Shown: positions 48,571-60,974 of the stretch, in pieces
How positions within the stretch are numbered: position 1 is the stretch's first letter
Layout of the letters: each line of letters opens with the position of its first letter
Assembly (NCBI GenBank): GCA_013239625.1
Contig: MU057036.1
Location: forward strand, 6,290,903-6,354,902
Direction: 5' to 3'
DNA from: Lama guanicoe
Taxonomy: Eukaryota
DNA: 64,000 nucleotides
Position numbers and translations under genes: made by a program
The notes under the pieces: model-generated
The model's database searches: none
Seen by the model: only the letters and a program-made list of their open reading frames with translations
What the model was told of the DNA's origin: nothing

Positions 48571-48854
48571 CTAATTCATCTTAGTATGCTTATCTTTGCT
48601 AGTGCACACAATAGTGCAGAGGTTGATTCACATGACAGTGAAGTTGTTCTTCTCCTTGAATTCATCTTTACTCTTGCAAAATTGCCGTAAAAAAACTCCA
48701 GTGCGCGCCAACTAAGTAACCAGCTCTGTGAGGTGTGTAACATTCTTGTCATGTGGGAATTAACTCACTTAAAATATGGGCGAGCCAGGGAGTATATTAT
48801 GGAATAAAGTGTGCAGCTGAGAACTTTTTTCTGTATGAAGAAATCCAGGTGCCT

Positions 48855-48954
48855 GGGGGTGGGTACAGCTCAGTGGTAGAGCACATACTTAGCATGCAAG
48901 GGGTCCTGGGTTCAATCCCCAGTACCTCCATTGAAAAAAAAAAAATTCAGACTC
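48855..48954 (+). mobile_element. Vic-1-type SINE, short form (tRNA-Ala-like body plus A tail)
   Basis: 'ggtacagctcagtggtagagcacatacttagcatgc..ggtcctgggttcaatccccagtacctcca'; TSD aagaaatccaggtgcct (48838-48854) / aagaaagccaggtgcct (48955-48971). Confidence 0.92.
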
Positions 48955-49084
48955 AAGAAAGCCAGGTGCCTAAGGACATTACATTTGTTCATTCAACATT
49001 AACAGTACCTAGACTCTGCCCCCAGGTGCACCCTCCCACCCCATCACGTTCACCTTCTGACCCAGCAGAGGACATTTCCCTTAT

Positions 49085-49470
49085 GGGTGCTGACTGTAGG
49101 TGCTTTACTTTGGGAGGGTATCCCAAGAATAAGAATGGGCAGAGGGAGGGACAAATAGGGAAGGAGGAGAAATCCATATGAGGATGTGATTGCCACTGGG
49201 TGAGGAAGAGTGTGCGTTCTGGGGTTCCCACCCCTCCCTGGTCAAGAGTTGCAATAAATCCTTCACACTTCCAGATCCCATGGGATGTGCATCAGCACAG
49301 GGCCCTCCAGCAGGCATCCACACTGAGTAAGAGAAGCCTTAGTGCGGCTGAGGTGATGTGCTGTTGGGAAGCGAATTGCTATGGCAGTGACTCATCAAAG
49401 GGTGAACGAAGGCTGTGAGGCAAGGCTCCAGAAGTGACCAGACAGTGACCAGACAGGAGGAAGGGACAGG
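49085..49470 (-). mobile_element. Ancient ERVL LTR remnant (LTR16/LTR33-like)
   Basis: 'tttactttgggagggtatcccaagaa...agggaaggaggagaaa' pattern. Confidence 0.45.
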
Positions 49471-51099
49471 GGTTTGGAGGAAGCCATTACTTTTGCAGTA
49501 ATCTAGCCAAAGGTGACAGGGACCTGCATTCACACTGCATCTCTGGAGACAGGGAGAAGGGAGCCAGAGGGCACCTTGCAGTGCTTGCCGACGAGGTGTG
49601 GATAAAGAGAGATGAGGGCAGTAAGGCTGAGGATGCCTCCCTGGGTCCTGACCTAGCTGTCTGGGCAGAGGCTGAAATGGGGAATGGAGGAGGACGAGGA
49701 GGACCGGGAATTGAGAAGCCAGGTGGGGACTGCAAATCATTCAGGAGACTGGGAGCAACTGGAAACCAAAGCTTAGGAAAAGGAATGAAAAGTGCCAATG
49801 ACAGCCCAGCTGAAGGGAGAGGCTGTGAATTACAGATTATGCTGGCCCTACGCTGCATTGCGTTGACACTTCCTGCCGACCGGATACAGGAACAGGTCGT
49901 GTTGACAGCTGATCTGATCCAAGCTTGGGGTTTTGTTGTTGGGGGTGGGAGGACAAGGGAACAGAGGACTTGAAGATATGCCAGAGGGTGAGACACGCTG
50001 GACATTTACTACATTTCATGACAGGTTCTAGATGACGTGTGCAACTTTTTCCTAAGTTCCACATTCTTAAATTAATATATATAATATGGTCATTTCTCCT
50101 GTCTGTGACCTGAAAAAGAAAAGTGATGTATCTGATATTGGTTCTGTTGGATATTTATGGTTCGTCCCACCCACCCCCAATTTATTAAAACTGCCATTGT
50201 CCAGAAGCTTCTAGCAGCCTTCCCAGGCAGCTGAAATGAACTTCTGGGTGACTTTCTCAGAAGGGCTGAGGTAGTGAACGTGTACAAGTCGTGTCCTGAC
50301 GTGGCTGCCCGCAGGTGACACTCGGCTGTCCTGGACATGATGGACGTATAAAAGCCAAAAGGGCTCTGAGCTGGCTCTCCGGACTCTGGGCTCCATTGGT
50401 GTGGCTTTGGTTTATGCTTTTTCTTACCTGAGTTTTCCCCCTCCTTCCCCCTCCTTCCTCCTCCTTCTCTGTCTCTGCCTCCTCCAGTTCCTGGTGCTGT
50501 AAGATGACAAGAAAATACCTGAATCCAACCCAGCACGCCCGTCCCTGTAGTCCCCTCCCGGAGCACTACGCTGGTTTTCCAAGTGCTCCAATTACCTTGG
50601 AGGGAGCTGAGGCCCTGGGGCTGCGGGGCGGCGGGCCCTCTCTGCCAGGGCACACGTACTCCCTGTCAGGCTGAAAGCCACCGCTGTGGTCCCCATGCAA
50701 GGTCACTAGGTAGGGGGCAGGCCCTTCATCTGACTCTGCCGAAAGCTCTAAGGCTTTTGTTTCCTTTGGTCCTTTTTTTAAGGCCTTCTCTGTTTATGGG
50801 AACATTCTTCCATCTAGAGTGAGTTTTCAAACCCTTGGCATTTGCTTTAAAGGTACGTCTGCTTTGAAGACTGGTGGAAATTTCAATCATATTCCTATTC
50901 ATAGTCAAGGAGTGAGTGGGAACTAAAAATATCAGCATTTTGGATTTTTTTTTTTAATCTTCTGAAGCCTTGAACAGAAACGCAGCAAGTCTCAGAGGAA
51001 GGGGTCTGGCTCCCGGGCCCCATCACCCCATTGCCGGCAGACAGCCTCGGGGTCAGCCCCCGGCTCCAGGAGGCCCATGGCTCTCCTGCCAAAGCCCCC

Positions 51100-52100
51100 C
51101 TCAGTCTTCAAGGCCATTTTTCTAAACATGTAAAATGAAGTTTCCTAAATACATTACAAATTTAATAGGCGAGACAATTTGGCTGCGGAAAAACCCCGGA
51201 GCAGTCAGGATGTTCGGATTATTAAAAGCCAAATTAACTGACAAGTAGCATCTCCAGTCTATGTGCAGCCTGATATCAAGCAGTTCTAAAAGTTATTAGC
51301 AACGCATTGTGACCAGAGAGAGATACGTGCTGCTTTCAAGTCCACGTTCATTACCAATGGGCCGGTCCTGCCTGTGCCCTGTAAGGGCAGTTAAAGTCTT
51401 TAGGTGCGAACCAGCCACGCGAGTGTGGGGTAGAAAATATTTCACTTGAAAGGCAATTCTAGACCAGACACTGATTTACCATTGATGGCTTCTTGTGAGT
51501 CAGTCTTTCTAAAAGAGGAAAGATTCCTTTAAAAGAAAAAGAAAAATCTGTCAACTTAAAAAAAAAAAACAGATCTGTCTTTTGAATTTAGATTTAAATT
51601 AAGATAAGATGACTCACCCTGCCAATGCCTCTTTAAAACAGAGATACTTTAAGAAGGTTAGAGTTTGGATGTGAAGAGGTTGGACACAAATTGTTCTTCA
51701 TTTCTGGAGCTCTGCTCTTCCAAAGACAAAGGCATCTGGCGAGGTTCTTTATTTCTTGCCCGACAGGGTCAGGTTGCTCCTTGGCAGCGTGGGTCCGCAT
51801 TCTGATTGACAGGCTGAGTTAACTGTCCGTAGCCAAGGTAATAACCATTCGGTTGGACCATATCAAAGCTAATTATTAAAGTTAATTATCAGGAAGCTTA
51901 ATGAACTTATTCACCATCCAACAGTGGAGAACCTGCCAAGGGTCACTTAGGAACTGGTCAGTCCTCTGCTGTTTTATTTTGGGTTAAGGGCAAAGCAGGA
52001 AAATATTTACCAATGAAACAGAACAAAAGGAAAAATTGCTAAAGATCAGAGGCACCATGGTAACACTCCAGCCTGAACGCCGTGCTGCAGCCAGAAGACA
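51100..52100. promoter_or_regulatory. Candidate developmental enhancer (PBX-MEIS, PBX-HOX, AP-1, TCF/LEF and homeobox motifs)
   Basis: TGATTGACAG 51803-51812; TGATTTAC 51472-51479; TGAGTCA 51496-51502; TGACTCA 51610-51616; ATCAAAG 51862-51868; TAATTA sites; inside a ~2 kb repeat-free block. Confidence 0.45.
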
Positions 52101-52410
52101 AGTGACAACGATAACAATTTCTGGTAAATTGTGTCAGATAATGCTTGTCACAGAGACACGAGCAACTGAACCATTGTTTCCTGACTATGAACTTATCCAT
52201 TCCTTTCATTTAAAATCTGAGGGAAAGAAACCCTTCCACATGAAAACAAGCCACTTTTGGGGTAAATCACAAAGGGTTTTTGCCACCACGGTAGACATGA
52301 TACCCAGTGAAATGAGCGAGGCTGATGATCATAGTAGGTGCTCAGGAGACATTAATTTCCCATTCACCCTTCCTTTCTACCCCACCCCACCCAGGCCTGG
52401 CTCTTTTGGG

Positions 52411-53247
52411 TATTTTTTATAAGTATAGTTGATTCACAATGTTGTGTTAGTTTCTAGCATACAGCAAAGTGATTCAGTTTTATATATGTATTTTTTTCAT
52501 TCTTTTTCAGATTCTTTTCCATTATAGGTTATTACAAGATATTGAATACAGTTCCCCATGCTGTACAGTAGGACCTCGTTGTTTATTTATTTTGTAAATA
52601 ATAGTTTGTATCTGCTAATCCCAAACTCCTAATCAGTCCCCCTCCACCCAACCCCCATTCTCCTTTGGTAACCAGAAGTCTGTTTTCCATGTCTGTAAGT
52701 CTGTTTGTTTTGTAAACAAGTTCATTTATATCATGTTTTAGATTCCACATACAAGTGATATCATATGATATGTGTCTTTCTCCATCTGACTTACTTCACT
52801 TACTATGATAATCCCAGGGTCCATCCACATTGCTGCAAATAGTATTATTTCATTTTTTATAGCTGAATAATATTCCATTGTGTATATATATCACATCTTC
52901 TTTATCCATTCATTGTCATCGGACATTTAGTTGCTTCCATGTCTTGGCTGTTGTAAATAGTGCTGCTATGAACATCGGGGTGCATTTATCTTTTTAAGTT
53001 AGTTTCCTCCAGATAGATGCCCAGGAGTGGGATTGCTGGATCATATGGTAAGTCTGCTAGGTTTTTAAGGAAATTCCATACTGTTCTCTATAGTGGCTAC
53101 ACCAATGTAGGAGGTGTTTCTTTTCTCCACACCCCTCTCCAGCATTTATTATTTGTAGACTGAGCAGTATGAGTTGATATTCTTGTTTCGATTTGCTTTT
53201 CTCTGGTAATGAGCAATGTTGAGCATTTTTGATGTGCCTGTTGACCG
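52411..53247 (-). mobile_element. 5'-truncated L1 (3' UTR and ORF2 end)
   Basis: Antisense L1: 'tatagttgattcacaatgttgtg...gacttacttcactta...ccaggagtgggattgctggatcatatgg...gagcattttt'. Confidence 0.93.
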
Positions 53248-53824
53248 AGGCCTGTCATTGTGGCTAGATTCATCCTTACTTTGTGGCCAGAAAAAATTAA
53301 TGGTGATGGAATACACAGATACCACCTGTAGGTTACTGCCTATTCGACATCGGGTAAATTCATCCAACTCCATGGAGGAAGGAACATGGGTTTGGGGCCA
53401 GACTGATACAGACTCAACCCCAGGCTTCGCCGCCCACTAGCTGTGTGACTCAGACAAGTCCCTCGTCCTCCTGGACCTACGTGCGACGTCATCGTGTGGA
53501 ACAGGGGTAACTGTAACCGTGTTCAGCATTGAGTGGGAGCTCCATAAATCATGTCACATTTAAGTGACAAAGAACAGGGGGTCCATCTATTTACTAGTTC
53601 CTTTATGAATATATAATTATGGAGCACTTTCTACATTCCAGACCCTGAAGGAACCCAAGCTTATCTGGGATTAATCTCACTCAGTGACCCCTCTGCACCC
53701 TGGGGAATTATTTGGGCCAATCCATCCTGCCCATGGTCTCATTCCATGGAGTTATCATAGAGTGGAGGTTCTCAAACTTTTGGTCTCAAGACCCCTTACT
53801 ACTCTTAAAAATTACTGAAGACTC

Positions 53825-54447
53825 TGTATTAGTTTTCTTGCCTCTGCTGTAACAAATTACCACACACTTAGTGACATAAAACAGTGAGATTTTATTTCCT
53901 TACAGTTTTGAAGGTCAGAAATCCAAAGTCAGTCTCCCTCAGTTAAAGTCAAGGCATCAACAGCTCTGATTTCTTCTGGAGGCTCTGAAGATAGAGTTTC
54001 CTTGTTTCTTGCAGCTCCTTGAGGCCACCAATAGTTCTACACTCATGATTCCTTCCTCTCGTAGTTTTAATCTCTGCTTCTGTCCTCATCTCCTGCTGGC
54101 CCCCTGAGCACCTGCCTCTCTTTCATGAGGACCTGAGTAACTCCACCAGCCCCATCCAGCTAATCCAGGATACTCTGAATCTCAAGATTCTTGATTTAAC
54201 TACTTCTGTAAAGCTCTCTTTGCCATACAAAGTAACATTTACAGGTTCCGGGGATTAGGTTGTGGACATCTTTTTAAATTGCATTTTTTTAATTGAAGTA
54301 TAGTTGATGTACAACATTATAAATTAGCCTCAGGTGTACAATGTAGTGATATGACATTTAAATACATTATGAAATGATTGCCATGATAAGTCTAGTAACC
54401 ATCTAAGGAAGTGGACAACTTTGCGGGCCTCTCTTCAGCCTATCACA
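53825..54447 (-). mobile_element. MLT1D-like MaLR LTR nested in Charlie1a
   Basis: 'tgtattagttttct...ctgtaacaaattaccac...taatccagga...ctcaagattctt...ttacaggttccggggattagg..gtggacatcttt...cagcctatcaca'. Confidence 0.85.
54274..54405 (-). mobile_element. Short L1 3' end (L1MA9-like) nested in MLT1D
   Basis: 'aattgaagtatagttgat..acaacatta...gaaatgattgccatgataagtctagt'; TSD gtggacatcttt (54262-54273) / gtggacaacttt (54411-54422). Confidence 0.8.
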
Positions 54448-56565
54448 GGTCCCAAAGAGGTCTTGTTTATGTGTATTACATCTATCAAACCTGACATGTT
54501 AGGAATTAAAACAGAGATTTGAACAGTATTTACTTTCTAATCCACTAAAAAAATAACAATAACAAATCCACTACAGGCTAACAGAAAGAACATATATTAA
54601 TGAGAAACAATTTTCTTTTCCAAAACAAAAAGAAAAGGCAGTAGTAAGAGTGGCATTATATCACATTTTTACAAATCTCTTTAATGTTCAGAGTAGTAAA
54701 AAATAGCTGGATTCTCATATCCATTGTGATTTTGGGGGGGTTAATGTAGATAAATAAAATCTAGCCTCACACAGATATGTAGTTGGAAAAAAAGGAAATA
54801 TTTTAATAACCTTTTCATATAATTATGGATATTCTTCTTTGATAGTACACCAAAACTCAACAAGTGGTAGATAGTACCTTAAAAGTTAATTGGAATGCAG
54901 AATATGAAAACAGGTCCATGAACTTGTCCTATTCTGTTATAGTAAACCCATTTAGTCTACTTTGAATCTAATTTGAATGGGTCTTTTATCCTTGCCTGAT
55001 TTGATAACATTGTATTATAATCCTGGTCATTGGAAAAGATAGATCCACTACGTTATGCTGATCTTCCACATATTGACACATTTCATTGTACAATATTTAA
55101 AAATCAGTTATTGTATCATCATGGGTTTATCAGAAAAGTCATTAAGAATTGGGAAGCTGTCAACAGGTTTTCCAAAATTCTAACTTTTCTCATTTTTGCT
55201 GGAAAACTCAAATGTTGTCTTTAGCAGCAAATACTGTCAGTTGTGTTCCTTGAAATAACAGGTTCACTTAGTTCATTCAGCAAAAAATGTCTGCCTAATA
55301 CTCAAGTCTGAATAGCCATAGTTAGTGAGCTCTTTTTGCAAATAAAAGATGATAGTCCACAGGAGGCAAAGTACAACTCAAATAATCACACAAGTATTTT
55401 TCCTTGAGAAAATCACCATAATTTGATTTGCAACATAAGGGCTTATGTATACTTCATTTTGCCCCACAGAATATTAAATAGGCATGTATGCAAGAGTTGC
55501 AATTAATAACATTAATATTTTTATTGCTTCATCAAGAACATTCTTAAATGGAAATGGCCTTGGTTTTATAGAGGTTTGTAATGTTTGTTTATTTCACTGT
55601 AAGTTTCTGGCAGTTTGGTACCTCTGCCTCGATTGGTGTTAACCAGCAGTTTTACCCATTATCATCTTTGCAGCATCAGCACAAATGTTCAGACAAGACA
55701 AAGGCAAATACATTAGCATTAACATAAAAATAATTCTGACGTCAACAGATGTCTCCACTCTTTCAAGAACACGTTTGCTATCTGGGACTGACTCTAGCAG
55801 TTAGAAAGGCTCCAGATTGTTCCTGTTGCTTGATTCCCTATCTCTTGTGGTATTGGATTCTGTACGCCAGCAGTTCTCAAAGTGGGACCCCTGCGGATTC
55901 CCAAGGCCAGTCCAGCAGACATGGCCTTGGAGGATTTTCCAAATTAAAAGGTCATTCTAATAATCTGTGACGATGATCCTGACAGTTTCTGTTGATTTTG
56001 TCTCGTCCTCAAGTCTTTAGACCAGTATTTATTTTCACTGTGAAGGCAACACCAGCAAGATTAGGAATTTGCGTCAGCTGGAGGGCAGAACATGTTCAGA
56101 ACCTTCTTGCAGCTTCTTCTTAAATAGGAATAACCTACATACGGCAATACATCTTGGAGATATTCTGGTTTGCATCCCAAAATCACACTGAATCTCATGC
56201 CAGAAGGCCTTGCTAACTCTGATTGCTAAGGAGGGAAAAATAGATCATTAAATAGCAGGGAAGACCAGAGTGGTTTCTAAAAATAAATACTAATTAGATA
56301 CACTTTTTTTCCTAAAACAAATGCTTAGTTCCTTGTTTTCCCCTTCAATGTCAATTTATGGCATTACTGCCTTTTATTAATAAATCCTTCTTACCAATGT
56401 TAATAGCTTGGTAATTTATAAAATACTTTTAAATACTTTTAGATAGTATAAAACACTTTTAGGTATGTCATGTGATTCTTACGCTCAATCTAAAAGGAAT
56501 GCCTATTCTAGAGATGAATAGAAAAATAGAAGGTTCAAGAAAGTTAAGTGACTTAACAAGTACCC

Positions 56566-56930
56566 TCTATTGGTTTTCTATTGCTGTGTAACAAATTACC
56601 ACCAACTTAGCAACTTACAGCCACGCATTCATTATATCAAAATGTCCGTGTGTCAGGCACAAGTTGGCTGGGTCCTCCACTCTGAAATCAAGGTGCTGGC
56701 AGAGGCTACAATCTCACGTGAGGGTTGGGGTTCTCTTCCAAGCTCACATAGTTGCTAGAAGAACTCAGCGCCTCACTGTTGTAGGACTGAGGCTCCTATT
56801 TTCTTGCTGGCTGGTAGCCAGGGGTCAGTTTCAGCTCCCAGAGGCCTTCCTTGGGTCCGAGTCACACGGAACCTCTCACAACCTGGCAGCTTATGTCTTT
56901 AAATGCAGCAGGAGAATTTCTCTCCAGTCT
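56566..56930 (-). mobile_element. MLT1E-like MaLR LTR
   Basis: 'ttttctattgctgtgtaacaaattaccac', 'gaaatcaaggtg', 'ttccaagctca', 'gttgtaggactgagg'. Confidence 0.8.
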
Positions 56931-57333
56931 GAGCTTTTGTCCACGGCTCCTAGCCCAGTGCTCAACCACAGAGTAAGTAATTGGTCAAAGAATGAATCAG
57001 TGAATGTTTGTACCAGTTCAGAATCCCACCATCTTCTGTTCATTTTGCTCCTTGCAACCCATCATAATGTCATCCTAGCAAACAATGAGTGCTCAAAAAC
57101 CTTTAGAGTTGGTCTTCAATTTAGCATTGGTCTTTAATGTTCTAGGTATTGCTCATAGATAACACTGATATTATGTTGAATTTCTTAACCAATTTCATCA
57201 TTTGAAAGTCATTTTCCTATTTAGAGGCTCTTAAGACATGAGCAGAGAACCAAGAATCTTGGTTTCAACTTGGACTCTTCTGGTTTATAATAATAAGAGA
57301 TATAATTTCTCAAGTGCCTAACAGAGGCCAGGT

Positions 57334-57349
57334 GATGGATGGATGGATG

Positions 57350-57394
<45 letters not shown>

Positions 57395-57420
57395 CCTTGC
57401 ATACACACACACACACACAC
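57334..57420. repeat. Compound microsatellite (GATG)4(GATA)11 followed by (AC)9
   Basis: Direct reading: 57334-57393 and 57403-57420. Confidence 0.97.
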
Positions 57421-57859
57421 GCGTACATAAATGTTACATTCATTTTGTGTGTATGTGGTGAAGGAATTACAGATTGTTTTTATTTTATGTCATATCTTGA
57501 TACTTGTCTGTCATATATAGATATTCTTAATCTGAACAAAGAATCTGCAGCGTTGGTAAGACCATCACTATGCCCATGATATAGGTAGGAACTGAGGCTC
57601 AGAAGTTAAGAAACTTACGCAGAGTCAATGTTGGTAAGTGGCACAGCAGGCTCCAAACTCAGGTGCTGTTTCACCTGTCCACACGGACTTCCTTTCGACT
57701 ACTGCCCCCACTTCCGACTTTCCCTGCCACTGAGCCATCTGCCTTCTTCACCTGGAGGAGTAACAGAATCACCACTAGCCCATAGGGCACCTTTGTATGA
57801 ATTAGAAAAAGGCACTCCTTCATCAAGATACTTGGCTGCTATCTGCTAGAAATTCGTTG

Positions 57860-57955
57860 CAATAAATACACAAGCATTCTATATCTATAATGTTCGTGAT
57901 GGTGCTCCCTGGGTGGTTCAGTGCTCAATCTACACAACTGTGAAGGGCTGCCCTG
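57860..57955. mobile_element. MER91-like hAT-Tip100 fossil
   Basis: 'atggtgctccctgg..ggttcagtgctcaatctacacaactgt....ctgccctg'. Confidence 0.55.
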
Positions 57956-58689
57956 GGAGTGGAGGGGAACAGCAATGATCATGGAGAATCTGATCCAAGT
58001 TTTAATATGGCTGGTCTACATGGCTGAATCTTGGTGCCCAGAGAACTCTTGGATTTTTGTAGAAGTTTGGTGGTTCTGTCTCCTAAATTTGATCAAAACC
58101 TGCTTACAGATGACTTGAGAAGGAGAAGACTGGCATATTGTTTCTCTTGGCTTCCATTCCTTGGTCTGTGAACTCTGAATTTTCAGGAGTAGCAACTGTG
58201 ACCGTGTAGTTCATTTTACTTTTCCCAGAAATGCAGTGGCTGTGAGAGCACAAACCTCAAGCAAGTGTAGAAAGAAGCGTCTGCTGGACCCCTTGGCAGA
58301 GCTGGGAGCAGCAGAGGCAGGTGTGGCCAAGCCATCTTTCAGTGTTCTCTCTTGATCTGGACACCACATTGTTCCTCCTTTGTTCTGCAAACTGGGAAGA
58401 GAAATGGAGGGAAAACAGCTTCACTGGAACATCCTTCAAATGAATCAAACAAATATTTGTGCCCAAGTGGTGCATTAAGAGGGGCCCAAGTGAAGAGGGG
58501 AGAGGTGGTATTAAAAACTAACCCCGTCACTAAGAGGTCTGAGGTGTCCAAGGGGGATAATTCCCAGCTGCCACTGCCTCTATTGGTAATTAAGTGTTTT
58601 CTCAATTTTTCTTTAGTCGGATGTGGATTTTTCTTCTGTAAGAAAGAAATTACTTCCGAGCACCCTGAATCATTAAAGTTAACTGTAGT

Positions 58690-58910
58690 TCATTTGGAAA
58701 GAAAGCTCTGGGCTCTGATCTGGATGATCACCAGCCACCAGAGGTTACTTAGTCTCTGTGAGACTCAGTTTTCTCGTCCATATCATGGGAAGGATTACAG
58801 TACCTACTCCACAGGATTGTTGAAAGAACCTAGTGAGAAAATTAACATACGGTTTTTATCTGAATGCCTGACACTGTGCAAGCACTCAGTAAATAGCAGT
58901 GATTGTTACT
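58690..58910 (+). mobile_element. MIR SINE
   Basis: 'gttacttagtctctgtgagactcagttttctcgtc...acctactccacaggattgttg...gcactcagtaaatagcag'. Confidence 0.7.
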
Positions 58911-59522
58911 AACAGGGCAGTCATATGAAACTAACATGATACCTGCCTTTCCCAAGAGTGACAAGGCATTTCTTCTCCAGGCTTGCTCCATTTAGCAAAG
59001 CTCCCCGCAAATCTCAGCACTAAACACCTTGAAGGAAATTCTGCAGAAATGAGAAACCATGGAGCAGAATTAATTCCATGACATAAATCTGTGTGCCCTC
59101 TCACTCCTCCCTATGCGTCTGGGCCCTCCAGCTCTCCAGCCCTGGATCGCAGTAATTTTAACAGAACCCAGTCTGCTGAGCCTAAGAGATAAAGAAGAAA
59201 TCACTATTCTGGTGCAACTACCATAAGGACAGGGAGCTGAGATAAAGACTTTTATTACTAAATCGGGCAGATCCCTTTGGAGCCAGGATCCTGCTTCTCC
59301 CACCTGCCCACTCCTGCACTTCTGCTGTCAGATTTAGATTTAGACACGGGGCTGGGTGCTCAGGGAAGAACGGGAACCTGGGAGTCTGGATTCAGCCAGG
59401 AGTAGGTAAGGCTGGGCTCGGATCTGATCTCATCCTTGCCTCCATCCCCCTTTGCCTCTCCTGTTCTGGGAAACCAGTCCTCAGTAAAAAGACGGGATGC
59501 AAGATGGGAATTTTTTTCTGGC

Positions 59523-60290
59523 TTTTTTTTTTTAATTGACATATAGTCAGTTTACAGTGTTGTGTTAATTTCTGGTATAGGGCATGGTGATTCAGTTATA
59601 CGTATACATACATTCCTTTTCATATTATTTTTCATTATATTGAATAGAGTTCCCTGTGCTATACAGTAAGCCCTTGTTATTCATCTGTTTAATATATAGC
59701 AGTGTGTACCTACAAATCCCAAATTCCCAATTTATCCCTCCATCCTCCTCTTTCCCCTCTGGTAACTGTAAGTTTGTTTTCTCTGTGAGTCTGTTTCTGT
59801 TTTGTAAATGAGTTCATTTGTGTCATTTTTTTTTTTAGATTTCACATATAAATGATTTTGTATGGTATTTTTCTTTCTCTTTCTGGCATACTTTNNNNNN
59901 NNNNNNNNNNNNNNNNNNNNNNNNNNNNNNNNNNNNNNNNNNNNNNNNNNNNNNNNNNNNNNNNNNNNNNNNNNNNNNNNNNNNNNNNNNNNNNNNNNNN
60001 NNNNNNNNNNNNNNNNNNNNNNNNNNNNNNNNNNNNNNNNNNNNNNNNNNNNNNNNNNNNNNNNNNNNNNNNNNNNNNNNNNNNNNNNNNNNNNNNNNNN
60101 NNNNNNNNNNNNNNNNNNNNNNNNNNTTTCGAATTACAGCNNNNNNNNNNNNNNNNNNNNNNNNNNNNNNNNNNNNNNNNNNNNNNNNNNNNNNNNNNNN
60201 NNNNNNNNNNNNNNNNNNNNNNNNNNNNNNNNNNNNNNNNNNNNNNNNNNNNNNNNNNNNNNNNNNNNNNNNNNNNNNNNNNNNNNNNNT
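59523..60290 (-). mobile_element. Young L1 3' portion, largely covered by N blocks
   Basis: Antisense L1 3' UTR 'atagtcagtttacagtgttgtg...gttccctgtgctatacagta...tctttctctttctggcatactt'. Confidence 0.9.
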
Positions 60291-60974
60291 TTTATTGGAG
60301 CTTAAAGTCCAATGTGATACAAGTGTAGTATACAAATGGCTATTTGTTCAGGTAGAATAGAACTGAAGGATAGAAAAAAAATGGAAGGATGAGGGTAGAA
60401 GCATTAAGGGCACTCTCCACAACTGAGCGACAATGAGTTTTAAAAGGTTCAGAGCTGCCCCATGTGGCTGTGCAGGTTGTGTGGTGAACAACCTAAACAG
60501 CTATACATGGCGATCCTGAAGGAGTCGGAAACCGTCTCCTCTTGGACAAAAGGCCAGGGCTCACCCAACTGTGCTGCCCTTGAACTTCCCCAGGCCCCTC
60601 TCCCAGGCTGCTCTGAGCAGATGGCAGGGGCCCACAGAGTGACAAGGTGCTGGTTACATGTTGGAGAAGGCAGAGGGTCACTGGTTGTGTGTTCTTGGTG
60701 AAACAAAGCCCTTGGCCTCAGACAGCTCATCTTCTGCAGGTTCCCTCCTCCTGACAGCAGGACTGGGGCAGTGCTGTACTGTTCTCTGTCTAGTAGATGA
60801 AACACAGTCTAGAGTCAAGATTTAAGACACACATACTTGTGAAAACTCAGGTCTGGGATCAAGTAAACATGCCCTTACCTGATATTAAGAAGGGCTGATT
60901 CTCCCTCTGTTTTCCCGGGAACCTGCCTTTCTCTGTGGAGGAGGTGAGGCTGAAGATCCACTGCCTATTGCCTG

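Larger units (their letters stand above)
53764..55775 (-). mobile_element. Charlie1a-like hAT DNA transposon with nested insertions
   Basis: Left end 'ggttctcaaacttttggtctcaagacccc..actcttaaaaatta'; right end 'ccagcagttttaccca...catcagcacaaatg...aaaggcaaata'. Confidence 0.8.

Noticed and set aside
48855-48930. Functional tRNA-Ala gene (also at the other Vic-1 copies)
   Set aside because: A-tails, TSDs and stem-breaking substitutions indicate SINE copies
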